The notes: generated by a model not told the origin, from the sequence alone. A stretch of 64,000 nucleotides of DNA from Thermoplasmatota archaeon (GCA_963818745.1 CAWFTI010000003.1:565876-629875); one strand, 5' to 3'; shown: positions 19,077 through 30,059, numbered from the stretch's first letter. Made by a program: numbers and translations.

Positions 19077-20702
19077 ATGACTGATGACCTGAACGGATGC
19101 ATGCCGGCGATCGAGAAGTACATCGGGCTCTGGATGAGGGCTTACAATGTCCCCGGGCTGTCGGTCGCCATCACCGACAAGAGGAGGCTTCTCAGGGCCT
19201 CGAGCTACGGCTTCTCCAACATCGACTCCAAGAGACGCGTCACCGGGGACACGCTCTTCGAGATAGGCTCCATATCCAAGTCGTTCGCGTGCGCGTGCCT
19301 GATGCAGCTCGCGGACGAAGGCAGGCTGGACCCCAGCGACCCTGTCGAGAGGCACGTACCTTGGCTGCGCCTGAGGTTCAAGGACGAACCGGTCACGCTC
19401 CACCACCTGATGAGCCACACCGGAGGGATCATCCAGGGCACGGAATCCGCGCTCTCAGGGGTCCCCGAGGTCTGGACGCTGAAGGACCTCCAGCCGTCGG
19501 TCCGGCCCGGGACGTACTACCACTACTCGAACGTGGGCTACAAGGTCCTGGGGCTCGTGCTCGAGAGCCTGGAGGGGAAGAGCGGGGCGGAGGTCGTGAA
19601 GGAGCGCGTGCTCGACCCGCTCGGCATGGGCTCGAGCCACACGACGATCACCACGGACCTGAGGAGGCGTTTGGCGACCGGGTACGAGCACACCTACGAC
19701 GACAGGCCGGTCCCGCTGGGCGCGCCCGTCTCGCCCGCGACCTGGATCGAGAGCGAGACGGTGGACGGATCGATCTGCTCGACGCCGAAGGACATGGCGC
19801 GGTACGTGCGCATGCTCCTCAACGGGGGCAAGGCGCCGGGAGGCAGGGTGATCTCCGAGAAAGGCTACCGGCTGATGACCCAGCGTGTGATCGAGACGGA
19901 GGACGGCGACGGAAGGTCGTACTACGGCTACGGGCTGTCGACGCAGGAGCTGGACGGCCGGACATACCTTTCGCACACGGGTGGCATGGTGGGATACCAC
20001 TCGTCGATGATGATGGACCTGGAGGAAGGCGTGGGAGTGTTCGCGACCATCAACGGGCCAGGGGCCCCCTCGATGGTCTCAGCCTACATACTGGGGGCGT
20101 TGCGGGCGCAGCCCGGGGCAGGGGACGACCCGATGCCCGTGGCCTTGCCCGACCCGGCAAAGGTCCCGAACGCGAAGGAGTACTCGGGGACCTTCGGAAG
20201 GAAAGGTAGGAAGCTGGAGTTCACTCCGAAGGGAGAGCGGCTGATGCTGAAGGTCGGCCGGCGCTCCATCGCGCTGGAGCCGAGAGACGAAGGACCAGTT
20301 CTTCGTGGACCACCCGGAGTTCGACATGTTCCTGGTGAGGTTCGCCCGGAAGGAGGGTGTCGTCACGGAGGCGTTCCACGGAACGGAGTGGTATCCAGGA
20401 ACACGCGCACAGGGGATCTGCCGGAGCCGAAGCACCCGAAGGGATGGGAGGCGTTCGCCGGCCACTACAGATCCTACAACCCCTGGACCTCCAACTTCCG
20501 GGTGCTGCTCAGGAGGGGAGAGCTGGTCTTCGTCAATTCGTCCGGTGTGGAGGAAGCGATGAGGCCACTCTCCAAAGGGGAGTTCCAGGTTGGAGACGAC
20601 ACGCGCTCGCCGGAGAGGATCTGGTTCGACATGGTCGTGGACGGCAAGGCGCACCTAGCGGTCTACTCCGGAGGAACCTACTACAGGACCTTCACGCCTT
20701 AG
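19077..20702 (+). CDS. Beta-lactamase-family serine hydrolase (class C/PBP-like) with a C-terminal extension; a compensating frameshift pair at ~20290 and ~20420
   Basis: SxxK motif IGSISKSF, YxN motif YSNVGY, and HTGG. The internal segment reads correctly only in the 20305-20562 frame. Confidence 0.8.
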   Translation: MTDDLNGCMPAIEKYIGLWMRAYNVPGLSVAITDKRRLLRASSYGFSNIDSKRRVTGDTLFEIGSISKSFACACLMQLADEGRLDPSDPVERHVPWLRLRFKDEPVTLHHLMSHTGGIIQGTESALSGVPEVWTLKDLQPSVRPGTYYHYSNVGYKVLGLVLESLEGKSGAEVVKERVLDPLGMGSSHTTITTDLRRRLATGYEHTYDDRPVPLGAPVSPATWIESETVDGSICSTPKDMARYVRMLLNGGKAPGGRVISEKGYRLMTQRVIETEDGDGRSYYGYGLSTQELDGRTYLSHTGGMVGYHSSMMMDLEEGVGVFATINGPGAPSMVSAYILGALRAQPGAGDDPMPVALPDPAKVPNAKEYSGTFGRKGRKLEFTPKGERLMLKVGRRSIALEPRDEGPVLRGPPGVRHVPGEVRPEGGCRHGGVPRNGVVSRNTRTGDLPEPKHPKGWEAFAGHYRSYNPWTSNFRVLLRRGELVFVNSSGVEEAMRPLSKGEFQVGDDTRSPERIWFDMVVDGKAHLAVYSGGTYYRTFTP

Positions 20703-20728
20703 CGCCTGTCAGACCTCGGATGTCGAGC

Positions 20729-21367
20729 CTACTTCCTCATGAGCACCCTGATCAGGTCCCTCTTGCCCGCAGTCGTGCCGAAGGACACACGCTTGATGGA
20801 GCCGATCTCCGCAACGGTCTCGAGGCCGGTGAACAGCGCGGGGATCTCCCCCTCCCTGAAGTAGTGCGTCAGTATGCCGTTGCCCCTTAGGAAGGTCGCG
20901 TCCTCGACCTCCTCCCCGCTCCCGAACCGCACATCGCCCCTGCCGAACCCCTCCACGAACATGTATCCCCCGCGCCTGAGCACGCGCGAGAGCTGCTCCG
21001 CCGCCCTGAACCTGTCCGCCTCGAGCATGTGCGAGAGCGTGTGGACGGCCAGCGCGGCATCGAACCTTTCTGATTCAAAAGGCAGATGGACTATGTCACA
21101 CTCTACCAGATTTACAGGATGCTCGAACTCCCGCTGGGACCTCAGAGTCCTGAGCCCTTCCCGGGAGAAGTCGCACCCCACCACCTCGGCCTTCCTCGCC
21201 ACGGCCTCCGTCGTCTTCCCCTCTCCGCACCCCGCGTCGAGCACGAGCATCGAGCTCTTCAGGACTGGCTCGATGAGGCTGAGCTCACCGGTGCCCCCGT
21301 ACTGGAGCCCGCGCTTGGAGTACAGCTTGTCCCATGCCCCGCGGTCTTCCGACCCATCCTTCTGCAT
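20729..21367 (-). CDS. Class I SAM-dependent methyltransferase
   Basis: Motif I VLDAGCGEGK and motif post-I VGCDFS; about 210 aa. Confidence 0.8.
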   Translation of the reverse strand: MQKDGSEDRGAWDKLYSKRGLQYGGTGELSLIEPVLKSSMLVLDAGCGEGKTTEAVARKAEVVGCDFSREGLRTLRSQREFEHPVNLVECDIVHLPFESERFDAALAVHTLSHMLEADRFRAAEQLSRVLRRGGYMFVEGFGRGDVRFGSGEEVEDATFLRGNGILTHYFREGEIPALFTGLETVAEIGSIKRVSFGTTAGKRDLIRVLMRK

Positions 21368-21471
21368 CTGTCCAGTCCACCTAGTACATGCACCGTATGG
21401 GTTAAAATAGTACAAATAGGCTAACTCGGCACTGTCGCAGAAGAAAAAGGACGCAAGGAAGACTGGGAAGG

Positions 21472-22885
21472 ATGGACTTCACATCATTGGTAAAGAACGA
21501 GCGGATACTGAAGGCGATCAAGGAGCTCGAATGGGAGGAACCTACCCCCGTTCAGGAGCAGGTCATACCGATCGCCTTCGAGGGAAAGGATGTCATGGCC
21601 CAGGCCCAGACGGGCACGGGCAAGACGGGAGCCTTCGCGATACCGGTCATCGACAGGCTTCAGAGGAACAGGCGCATCCAGTGCCTGGTGATGACGCCGA
21701 CGAGGGAGCTCGCGGTGCAGGTCACGGGTGACTTGGCGGACATGGCGAAGCACTCGGACATCAGGACGGTCGCCATCTACGGTGGGCAATCCATCACCAT
21801 GCAGGTCGACAAGCTGCGCCAGGGGGTCGAGATCGTCGTCGGGACCCCCGGGAGGCTCATGGACCTGATGCGCAGGGGAGAGCTCAACTTCGACGGCGTC
21901 TCGGTCGTCGTCCTGGACGAGGCCGACCGGATGCTCGACATGGGGTTCATAGACGACATCGAGTGGATACTCCAGAGGGTCCCGAAGAAGAGGCAGACCA
22001 TGCTCTTCTCGGCCACCCTGCCGTCCGCGATCAGGGAGCTCGCGCTCCGGTACATGAACTCCCCCAAGGAGGTCATCATCAGCGCGGAGACGCTGACGGT
22101 CGACGCGGCGGAGCAGAGCTACATCAACGTCGGCCGGAAGAACAAGCTCTGGGCCCTGTGCAGGATACTGGACATCGAGAAGCCGCCGCAGGCCATGGTC
22201 TTCTGCTCGACCAAGCGCATGGTCGACATGCTCGCGCACAAGCTGCGCGCGTACGGCTACTCCGCGGACGGAATCCACGGGGACCTGTCGCAGACCGCCA
22301 GGGACAAGGTCATGTCGAAGTTCAAGTCGGGCAAGATGAAGATACTCATAGCCACGGACGTCGCGGCCAGAGGGCTGGACATAGAGGGCGTGACGCACGT
22401 GTTCAACTACGACATCCCGGAGAAGCCGGAGGATTACGTCCACAGGATAGGCAGGACCGCGAGGGCCGGGAAGACCGGCAAGGCCATAACGTTCGTGACG
22501 AAGGAGGAGCAGTACCTCGTCAAGGCCATCGAGAACTTCGGCAGGACGAAGATAGAGCAGGACGAGGTGCCCGAGGCCACCGGCAGGGACACGGTCAGGA
22601 GACAGCTGGACTTCGAGGAGTACTCGGACCACTTCGGCATGGTCCCCTTCGAGATCAACCTGGGCAAGGCGGACGGGATCGACATGGTCAACCTCGTCAC
22701 GTTCATCGAGCGGAAGACGAGGATATACGAGCACCTGATCGGGAGCGTGCAGATCGGGGACCGGATCGAGCAGGGTGGAGCTGCACAAGTCGGTCGCGTT
22801 CGGGGCGATGAAGGACCTCGAGAACTGCTATGTCCACAACAAGCGCGTGAAGGTCGAGCTGATGAGGGACCAGATCAAGCGTTGA
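21472..22885 (+). CDS. DEAD-box ATP-dependent RNA helicase with a DbpA-type C-terminal RNA-binding domain; frameshift at ~22765
   Basis: Q-motif, AQTGTGKT, PTRELA, DEAD (VLDEADRM), SAT, HRIGRTARAG. The C-terminus continues in the +1 frame to ...KRVKVELMRDQIKR-stop at 22883-22885. Confidence 0.85.
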
Positions 22886-23154
22886 CGGCCCTGTTTATTT
22901 CGTCCGCGCGCAGGTGCCCGACGACCTTGATGTTGACCTTCTTGACGCCGGCGACCATTAGAATCTGTTCCTTGATGGCCTTCGCGAGCTCCGTCGCCGA
23001 CGGGGCAGAACGGGCTCGTGGGCATGAAGGTGAGGCTGACGGAATCCTCCGACACGACGAGCTCGGAGATGAGGCCCATGTCGTAGACGCTCACGCCCGT
23101 GTGAGGGTCGAGGACCCCACGCAACGCCTCGACCACGATGTCCTTGCGATCCAT
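22875..23154 (-). CDS. DUF59 / MIP18-family Fe-S cluster assembly protein (SufT-like); frameshift at ~22990
   Basis: The N-terminus MDRKDIVVEALRGVLDPHTGVSVYDMGLI...TSPFCP is typical of DUF59. The C-terminus ATELAKAIKEQI...NRAVNA is recovered in the +1 frame. Convergent overlap with the helicase. Confidence 0.7.
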
Positions 23155-23216
23155 GGCCAGAACTCAAACGCGAACTCAGTATTAAGAACTGTCGAGAATC
23201 CCGCCAGGCCACGCGC

Positions 23217-25852
23217 TCACTGGTACACGAGCACCGACAGCCCGGCGACAGCTGATCTGACTCGAGCTCGCCCCGCTCCGATGCTCAGATTCCTCTCGAC
23301 CTCGTAGAACTCCGGCGACAGCTCGATGGTCCTGCCGTCGCCCATCGTCGAGCTCGATCCCCTTGTCCAGGCCGGCCAGCTCGGATCCGCTGAGGCAGCT
23401 CCGGCGAGCCTTTCGGCTATCTCCTTCGCATCCTTCTTGAACGCCGGGCCGAGCTTGGCGTGGACAGGCTTCACGCGGGAGACCGTCTCCTTCAAGGTCG
23501 ACGTCTTCTCCAGGATCTCGAGTTCCGCCGCCTTCAACGTGGCTTTGATGTCCTCCTCCGACCCGGCCATCAGCCTGGTCGCCTCCTGGCCCACGATCTC
23601 GATCCTCGCAATCTCGGCGTTCAGGGACAGTGCCCTTCGCGGCCTTCCACGCCCGGACCGCAGCCACCACTCCCTTGACCGCCTCGCCCTTCTCGTTCGC
23701 CTGTGCGATCCGCAGGAGGCGCCTCGGGCCAGTCCGACACATGGATGCTGATTGCTGGCTCGGACTGCCTGAAGTTCAGCTGATAGGCGTCCTCCGCGAC
23801 GTGGGGCAGGAACACGGACATCATCTTCAGCAGGCCCAGGCCGACCGTGTAGAGCGCGTACTTCGCGCCCTCGTCGTTCTCGGAATAGGCCCTGTGCTTG
23901 ACGAGCTCGACGTAGTTGTCCGCGAACTCGTGCCAGAGGAAGTCCTCGGTGATCGCCATGGACTGGTCGAACCTGTACTTGTCCGCGCTCTTCTCGAACT
24001 CCCGCACCGCGTTCCCGAACCTGCTCAGGATCCAGGCGTCCACGGGTCGGATGGTCTCCGGCATCGTCGGGCTTCACCTTGCAGACCGAGCCGACCATCC
24101 TCATCACGTTCCAGGTCTTCGTTGCGAGCCTTCCCCCGCGCACGAGCTCCTGCTCCTTGAAGGCGTGGTCGATGCCCAGGGAGCAGGTCGCCGCGTAGTA
24201 GCGCATCGCGTCGCTCCCGTACTTCTCGAGCAGAGGGATCGGGTCGATCGCGTTGCCGGCAGAGGCGTGCATCGGAGAGCCGTCGGGGGCCATGATGAAC
24301 CCGTGTATCATCGTCTCCTTCCACGGCTTCTCGCCGATTAGGAGCATCTCTCTCAGGATGGTGTAGTACGCCCATGTCCTGATGATCTCAAGGCCCTGAG
24401 GGCGCATCGACATCGGGTAGAGCTTCTTGAACAGCTTATCGTCCCGTTCCCAGAAGGTGTTGTACAGTGGCGAGATGCTCGAGTCCATCCACGTGTCGAA
24501 CACATCCGTGGAGCCGATGTACTCGCCCCCGCAGACCGCGCACTTCTCCTTCCTCGGCGGCCGGGATGTCGGGTCGACGTAGCATTCGTCCTCCTCCGCG
24601 AGCAGGACTTCACCGCAGTCCTGGCACTCCCAGAGCGGGATCGCGGTCGCGAAGTACCGCTGCCTCGAGACGACCCAATCCCAGGCGAGGGAGTTCACCC
24701 AGTTCTGTATCCTGACCTTCATGAACTCCGGGTTCCAGGTGATCTTGTCTATCATCGCCAGGACCTGGTCCTTGAACTGGAGGCTCCTGACGAACCACTG
24801 GGGGACCTTGAGGAACTCGATGGGCGAGTGGCATCTCCAGCAGACTCCGACGCTCTGGTCCAGATCCTCCTGCTTCACGAGCAGCCCTGCGGCCTTCATG
24901 TCCTCGATGATGGCCTTCCTGGCGTCGGCGACGGTCATGCCAGCATACTTGCCGGCGAGCTCCGTCATCTTCCCGGACTCGTCTATGCCCTTCTCGAGCG
25001 GCAGGTTGTACTTCATGATCCACTCGAGGTCGCCCTTGTCGCCGATCGAGCATATCATCACGGTCCCAGTGCCGAAGGCCGGGTCGACCTTGGGGTCCGC
25101 CACAACCTTGACCTTCTTGTCGAACACGGGCGTGACGAGCTCCTCGCCTACGAGATTAGCCTTGGATGGGTCGTCTGGATGCACGGCCACGAGTAGGCAC
25201 GTGCAGAGCAGCTCCGGACGCGTGGTGGCGATCTGCACCTCGCGGCCGCTCCCAGCAACGCGGAACTTGATGTAGTTCAGCTTGGTCTTCCTGGGCTCGT
25301 ACTCGACCTCCGCCTCCGCGAGCGCGGTCCCGCACCGCGTGCAAAAGTTGATCGGGAAGTGCCCCTTGTAGACGAACCCCTTCTTGAACATGCGTATGAA
25401 GGAGACCTGGGTGAGCCTGCGGTAGTACTCTGCGTCCGTCTGGTAGTATATCGTGGGGTCCATGCTCTCGCCGAGCATCTCGAACTGCTTTGTCATCTCC
25501 CCGATGTGCTTCTCCGCGAACTCGCTGCACATCTTGACGAACTGCTGTCGGGGCACCTCTGAGGCCTTGATGCCCATCACCTGCTCCACCTTCACCTCGA
25601 CGGGCGTGCCGTTGACATCGAAGCAGAGCGGGAAGAACACGTTGTACCCTTTCAGGCGCTTGTACCTCGCGGCGAAATCTATCACTGTGTATCCGTACGC
25701 GTGACCGAGGTGCAGCGCGCCCGAGGCGTACCTGGGCGGGGTGTCTATGCTGTAGACCTCCTTGTCGGACTCAGGGTCGAAGCGGTATATCCCCCACTCC
25801 TTCCACTTCGCCTGCCACTTCGGCTCGCCTCGCGCCAATCGTACTGGGCCAT
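23217..25852 (-). CDS. valS: Valyl-tRNA synthetase; at least three frameshifts (~25830, ~24070, ~23715)
   Basis: The N-terminus MAQYDWRE(shift)PKWQAKWKEWGIYRF matches the ValRS start. HIGH-type HLGHAYGYT, editing domain, KMSKS region, and anticodon-binding region (23621-24064 frame: WILSRFGNAVREF...FLWHEFADNYVE). Confidence 0.9.
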
Positions 25853-25925
25853 GACTTCACGGACAGAAGAATGGGCCTAGATAAACCTTGTTCAGACGGG
25901 CAGGGCCAGGCCCGGGAGCACCCCG

Positions 25926-26468
25926 CTATCTGGCTTTCCTCTTCTTCCGGAAAACGTTCGCGAGTATGAGGTCCTCGACCTCGGGGGTCATCGGCCCCGT
26001 CCACTGGTCCAGGTCGAACAGCCCCTCGGACAGGCATCTGACGAGCACGGACATCTGGTGCGGGCAGAAGTAGCCCTTCTCCCTGAAGTCCACGCACTCG
26101 CAGACAGTGTCCACGTCCTCCGTGGTCTGGTTCACGAACCTGATGTTGTACACCTCGTACCCGTCCGAGCGGCGCATGGTGAACACGGCGTTCACGATCG
26201 TGTGGTCGCTCTCGGGGTCCAGCTCGACGATCCTCTTGTTCGAGGCCCACTTGATCGCCTTCGCCATGTTCTCGACGAAGTAGATGTCCTCCTGGGCCCT
26301 GAGGAAGTCCTCGAGCGCCTTGCGGTCCACGTTCTCCTTGACGAACCTGACCAGGTCCTCCTTCAGCAGGTTCGAGGCGCCCGGGACGTCCTGAGCGTCG
26401 CACAGGTTCCTTAGGCTCTCGACCGTCTGCCTGGAGATCCTGAATTCCAGCGGCAGTTCCTTCCGCAT
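25926..26468 (-). CDS. Hypothetical protein with a C-terminal SWIM-type zinc finger
   Basis: CECVDFREKGYFCPHQ fits CxCx(n)CxH; no other recognisable domain. Confidence 0.55.
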   Translation of the reverse strand: MRKELPLEFRISRQTVESLRNLCDAQDVPGASNLLKEDLVRFVKENVDRKALEDFLRAQEDIYFVENMAKAIKWASNKRIVELDPESDHTIVNAVFTMRRSDGYEVYNIRFVNQTTEDVDTVCECVDFREKGYFCPHQMSVLVRCLSEGLFDLDQWTGPMTPEVEDLILANVFRKKRKAR

Positions 26469-26572
26469 GTTCCCATCCCTTCGAGAGAAACATAATGCGC
26501 GGTCACATGATTAAGTTGACGATTGCGCCCGAGGCGGCTCCCAGATGCTGGTACCGCCCGGAACAGCGTCCG

Positions 26573-27229
26573 TCAGGTCCCCGGTCTCTGAGGGCCGGAG
26601 TGGTGCGTCAGAAGAGCCGCCAGGATAGACGCGACGACCTCCATGCTCCGCATGACCATCGGCACGGGGAACCTGCCCGCGGTCGTGCTCGAGTACTCGA
26701 TCCAGCCCAGGAGGCTGTCGTCCGGCCCCATGATGAGGGCGTTGATGAAGTCCGCCTCGAGCGTCTCGTCCTGGAACATGCGCCTCGAGCCCATGAGCAC
26801 GGGCCTGTTCAGCACGGAGACGTCCTGGGCGCCTAATGGGTTGTCCTCGGACAGGTAGACCCTCGTGAGCTTGCTGATCTCCCCCGCCTTGTACTTGCCC
26901 GAGACCTCGATGTCGAAGTCGCTCAGCTTGTACACCCTGACCCTCTGGCTGTCCCACGCGTCCTGCCTCATGCCCGAGTGGACGGTGTACCTGTAGTTGC
27001 CGTCGTCTCCCCTGAGGCCGATCATCACCCACCTGAGCCTGTACTGCTTCTGGAGGTGGTTCGCGACCTCCTGGACGAGGTCGTTCTTGGGCATGACGGG
27101 CTTGTGGAAGTACGATAGAAGGAAGAGGAAGCTGTCGGACGCCTGGAAGGCGGGGTCGTTCTTCGCCTTCAGGTAGTCGAACTTGAGCCTGCGCTTGACC
27201 GATTCTGGATCAACGAATTCTATCGGCAT
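26573..27229 (-). CDS. Hypothetical protein
   Basis: 218-aa ORF with genome-typical codon usage and no recognised motif. Confidence 0.5.
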   Translation of the reverse strand: MPIEFVDPESVKRRLKFDYLKAKNDPAFQASDSFLFLLSYFHKPVMPKNDLVQEVANHLQKQYRLRWVMIGLRGDDGNYRYTVHSGMRQDAWDSQRVRVYKLSDFDIEVSGKYKAGEISKLTRVYLSEDNPLGAQDVSVLNRPVLMGSRRMFQDETLEADFINALIMGPDDSLLGWIEYSSTTAGRFPVPMVMRSMEVVASILAALLTHHSGPQRPGT

Positions 27230-27413
27230 GTTCCACCCGGTCCGAGGATGCCAAACCTAGCCCGCCGCAGCGTCTCCCCGTCCCGCATGACCGTGTGATG
27301 ATATTGTCTTTTCCAGTCCAGAACGGGTGCAACGACAGGCCCGGCCAACCACCGACGCTTTTTCCGTACACCGCAAGGCGCTGCCAGCAGATAAAGCCGA
27401 TGAACGACCGACG

Positions 27414-28097
27414 TCAGGCCGTCTGCTTCTTCCGACCCTTGGCCCGAGCCTTGGCCGGTGGCTTCTTCGTGCGCGTCCCTGGAGGGAGGTGGATGACGAA
27501 GCTGCACCGGTCATCGCCCTGAAGGACGGTCTTGACGACGTCCACCCTCACCGGCTCCCCGAGGATCCCCTCCCAGAGGGACCTGTACCATCCGGAGCTG
27601 CAGTAGCAGAACGTCCTGGATATCCTCTGCTCCGGGTGCCGTATCAGCTCCTTGACGAGCGGGCAATGGCAGTAGTGGTATCTCCTCTCCAGCTCGTCTG
27701 CGGCGTCCTCGCACCCCTTCGGATTGAACGGTATCTTCGTGACATGGATCACGCGCCCCTTCCGCTTGGGGGATTCATAGTACGACAGGCCGTACCATGA
27801 CCTGTCCTTGTCCATGACCGGGAAGAGAGCGTCCACGCTGCCCGACTCGAGATAGAGGTCCCTCAAGGCCTCGACCTTGTCGCTCGGGAACCTGTCCGAG
27901 CACACGTACAGTATCTCCCTGTTCGTGTCCTCGTCATTGAGCTCGTCCAGCTTCGTTATGGCCCCGCTCACCCACTTGGCGACGGCCATCGGGTCCGGGG
28001 AAGCACCCAGCTTCTCCCTGCCGGCCAGCACCTTCTTCTTGGCCGCCTTGCCCGCATACCGTTCCACACCCTCGCCCAGCTTGTCGCTCCACTTCAT
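27414..28097 (-). CDS. Hypothetical Cys/His-rich protein (possible metal-binding; weak resemblance to ATC-hydrolase-like proteins)
   Basis: Start MKWSDKLGEG; clusters HYCHCP and CYCSSGWY; basic C-terminal tail. Confidence 0.5.
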   Translation of the reverse strand: MKWSDKLGEGVERYAGKAAKKKVLAGREKLGASPDPMAVAKWVSGAITKLDELNDEDTNREILYVCSDRFPSDKVEALRDLYLESGSVDALFPVMDKDRSWYGLSYYESPKRKGRVIHVTKIPFNPKGCEDAADELERRYHYCHCPLVKELIRHPEQRISRTFCYCSSGWYRSLWEGILGEPVRVDVVKTVLQGDDRCSFVIHLPPGTRTKKPPAKARAKGRKKQTA

Positions 28098-28132
28098 TGT
28101 CACACCTCGCTCGCGACGGGAAACGCCTGCAA

Positions 28133-28612
28133 TCACGCCTTGAGCTTCGCCGCCAGGGTCGCGACGCGCTTGCCGAGCTCCTTGCACATCTCCAGTTCAT
28201 CCTTGTTCGGAGCCTCGATGGCGGTCGGGCCGTAGTGCTTGTCGTCCGGCCGTCCCTGGACGACCATGCCGTGCACGAGCATCGCGTTCAGCATCGAAAG
28301 GAGGGTGGTCTCCGCGCCGCACGCGGTTCCTCCCGAGCTGGTGAAGGCGCCTCCGACCTTCCCCTTCAGCTTCCCGTGTATGACGAACGTGGTGTCGATG
28401 AACGTCTTGAGCTTCCCGGACATCTGCCCGTAGTACGTCGGGGAGCCGATGATGATCCCGTCCGAGCCCAGGAGGTCCTCGTGGGTGGCCTTGCCGACCG
28501 CCTTCAGCACGACCACGGCCCCTTTCACCTGCTTCGCACCCGCGACGACCGCGTCGGCCATCTTCTCCGTGTTCCCTGTCATCGAGTCGTATATCACCAG
28601 TATCTTCGCCAT
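28133..28612 (-). CDS. Flavodoxin-like / WrbA-type NAD(P)H:quinone oxidoreductase
   Basis: MAKILVIYDSMTGNTEKMA and GSPTYYG are FMN-binding flavodoxin motifs. Confidence 0.8.
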   Translation of the reverse strand: MAKILVIYDSMTGNTEKMADAVVAGAKQVKGAVVVLKAVGKATHEDLLGSDGIIIGSPTYYGQMSGKLKTFIDTTFVIHGKLKGKVGGAFTSSGGTACGAETTLLSMLNAMLVHGMVVQGRPDDKHYGPTAIEAPNKDELEMCKELGKRVATLAAKLKA

Positions 28613-28719
28613 CGTGGTTCACCCGTTTCCTTTCGGACGGTGATGGTAATACAGGTATTTGGGTCTTTCAACCGTCCGTTTTAAAAGCCTCTGCGGCGCA
28701 CGGATGCGCTATACCCGGG

Positions 28720-30039
28720 TCACAGGCAGGAGAACGATGGCTTGCCCGCCCTGCGCAGGACCAGTATGTAGTCGCGCTCGATCCTGCTGTCGTTCCAGCG
28801 GGGGATGTCCAGGTGGCGGTTGATGACGTCGTACACGAACGCGTCCTCGAGCTCGAACCCGGCCCTCGCGGCGATCTTGGACAGGATCGAGTAGGTCGGT
28901 ATCCTCACCTTCTGGAAGGTGTTCTCTCCGACGACCATGCAGTACCTGCCGTTCCTCTTCAGGACCCTGTTGACCTCTTCGAAGCTGCGCCTCATGTCGT
29001 CGAAGTACTTGTACACGATGAACGCGCTCTTCTTCTCCTTCTCCATGAGCTCGTCCATCACGGACCGGATCTCGGGTATGCCGGTCCTGGGCTCCCAGGG
29101 CCTGTACTCGCTGACGTACGCCCTCGATGTGCCCACGATCCTCCCGTCGAGCTCGGATATGTCCTTGACGAGGTCGCACCAGAACATCTCGAGCTTGTGC
29201 ACGCTCGCGTAGTGCACGGCGCTCGCGTATGGCGGAGAAGTGATCGCGAGGTCGACGGAGCCATCCTTAAGCAGTAAGTCCCGCGCGTCGTTGCCGATTA
29301 TGTGCACCTCGGGATGCTTCCTGAACTTCTTCTGGACGTCCTGGGAAATGTGCCACAGCTCCTCGGCGTCTATGATCTTGTTCCCGACGGTGTTCTCGAA
29401 CTTCGCCAGGGCGTCGAACGACGTCTTCCCCTGGGCGTCCAGCTTCTTCCTGAAGGTCGTGACCTCCGGGATGAGGGAGTCGCTGTCCGAGTTGGACATC
29501 TTGCGGATGATCGACGAGAAGCATATCTTGAAGAAGTCCTGGGTGTCCCCCTTCCTGAGGGCGAACACGTGCTTCTTTATCGTGGCGAGCTCGCGGAGCA
29601 CTTCGGGCCTGAACCAGTGGTCCCGGTTGGGTATCTCGGGGACCCAGTCGGCGTTCTCCGAGCTGTCGGCGCGTATGTTGGCCAGCAGCTTCTCGGAGAC
29701 CGCCCGGAGCCGTGAGGGCTCCAAGGGGGTCGTCTTGACCTTGGCGATGAGCTTGGCGAGCGGGTGGATGTCCACACCGTAGCTGTCCCTGCCCGTGATG
29801 TACGCCTCGAGCAGCGTCGTGCCCGAGCCCATGAACGGGTCGAGCACTGTGTCGCCGACCTTGGACCACGACTCGATGCAGAACCTCGGTATCTGCGGTA
29901 TGAACTTCGCGGGGTACCTGTGGATGCCGTGAGTGGCGTAGCTCACCTGCTTCCCGATGTACTTCCCGAACTCCTCCGAGAGGTCCCTGGGCTTCCCCAC
30001 GGTCCCTCTGGGCGGGCTCCTGGATCCTTGAGGATTCAT
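28720..30039 (-). CDS. DNA methyltransferase (N6-adenine or N4-cytosine), alpha-like motif order, with no adjacent restriction enzyme
   Basis: Motif I DPFMGSGTT near the N-terminus, ~200 aa variable region, then catalytic SPPY (motif IV). Start MNPQGS at 30039. The upstream part of the long ORF 28720-30948 is antisense junk. Confidence 0.8.
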   Translation of the reverse strand: MNPQGSRSPPRGTVGKPRDLSEEFGKYIGKQVSYATHGIHRYPAKFIPQIPRFCIESWSKVGDTVLDPFMGSGTTLLEAYITGRDSYGVDIHPLAKLIAKVKTTPLEPSRLRAVSEKLLANIRADSSENADWVPEIPNRDHWFRPEVLRELATIKKHVFALRKGDTQDFFKICFSSIIRKMSNSDSDSLIPEVTTFRKKLDAQGKTSFDALAKFENTVGNKIIDAEELWHISQDVQKKFRKHPEVHIIGNDARDLLLKDGSVDLAITSPPYASAVHYASVHKLEMFWCDLVKDISELDGRIVGTSRAYVSEYRPWEPRTGIPEIRSVMDELMEKEKKSAFIVYKYFDDMRRSFEEVNRVLKRNGRYCMVVGENTFQKVRIPTYSILSKIAARAGFELEDAFVYDVINRHLDIPRWNDSRIERDYILVLRRAGKPSFSCL

Positions 30040-30059
30040 CTCGGTTCTTACGTCCCCCT

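Noticed and set aside
21484-23307. Antisense ORF 21484-22788(-) and the 22886-23307 tail of the 611-aa helicase ORF
   Set aside because: The helicase truly ends at ~22885 after frame correction. The remaining tail is Arg/Ala-rich read-through antisense to the DUF59 and valS 3' regions.
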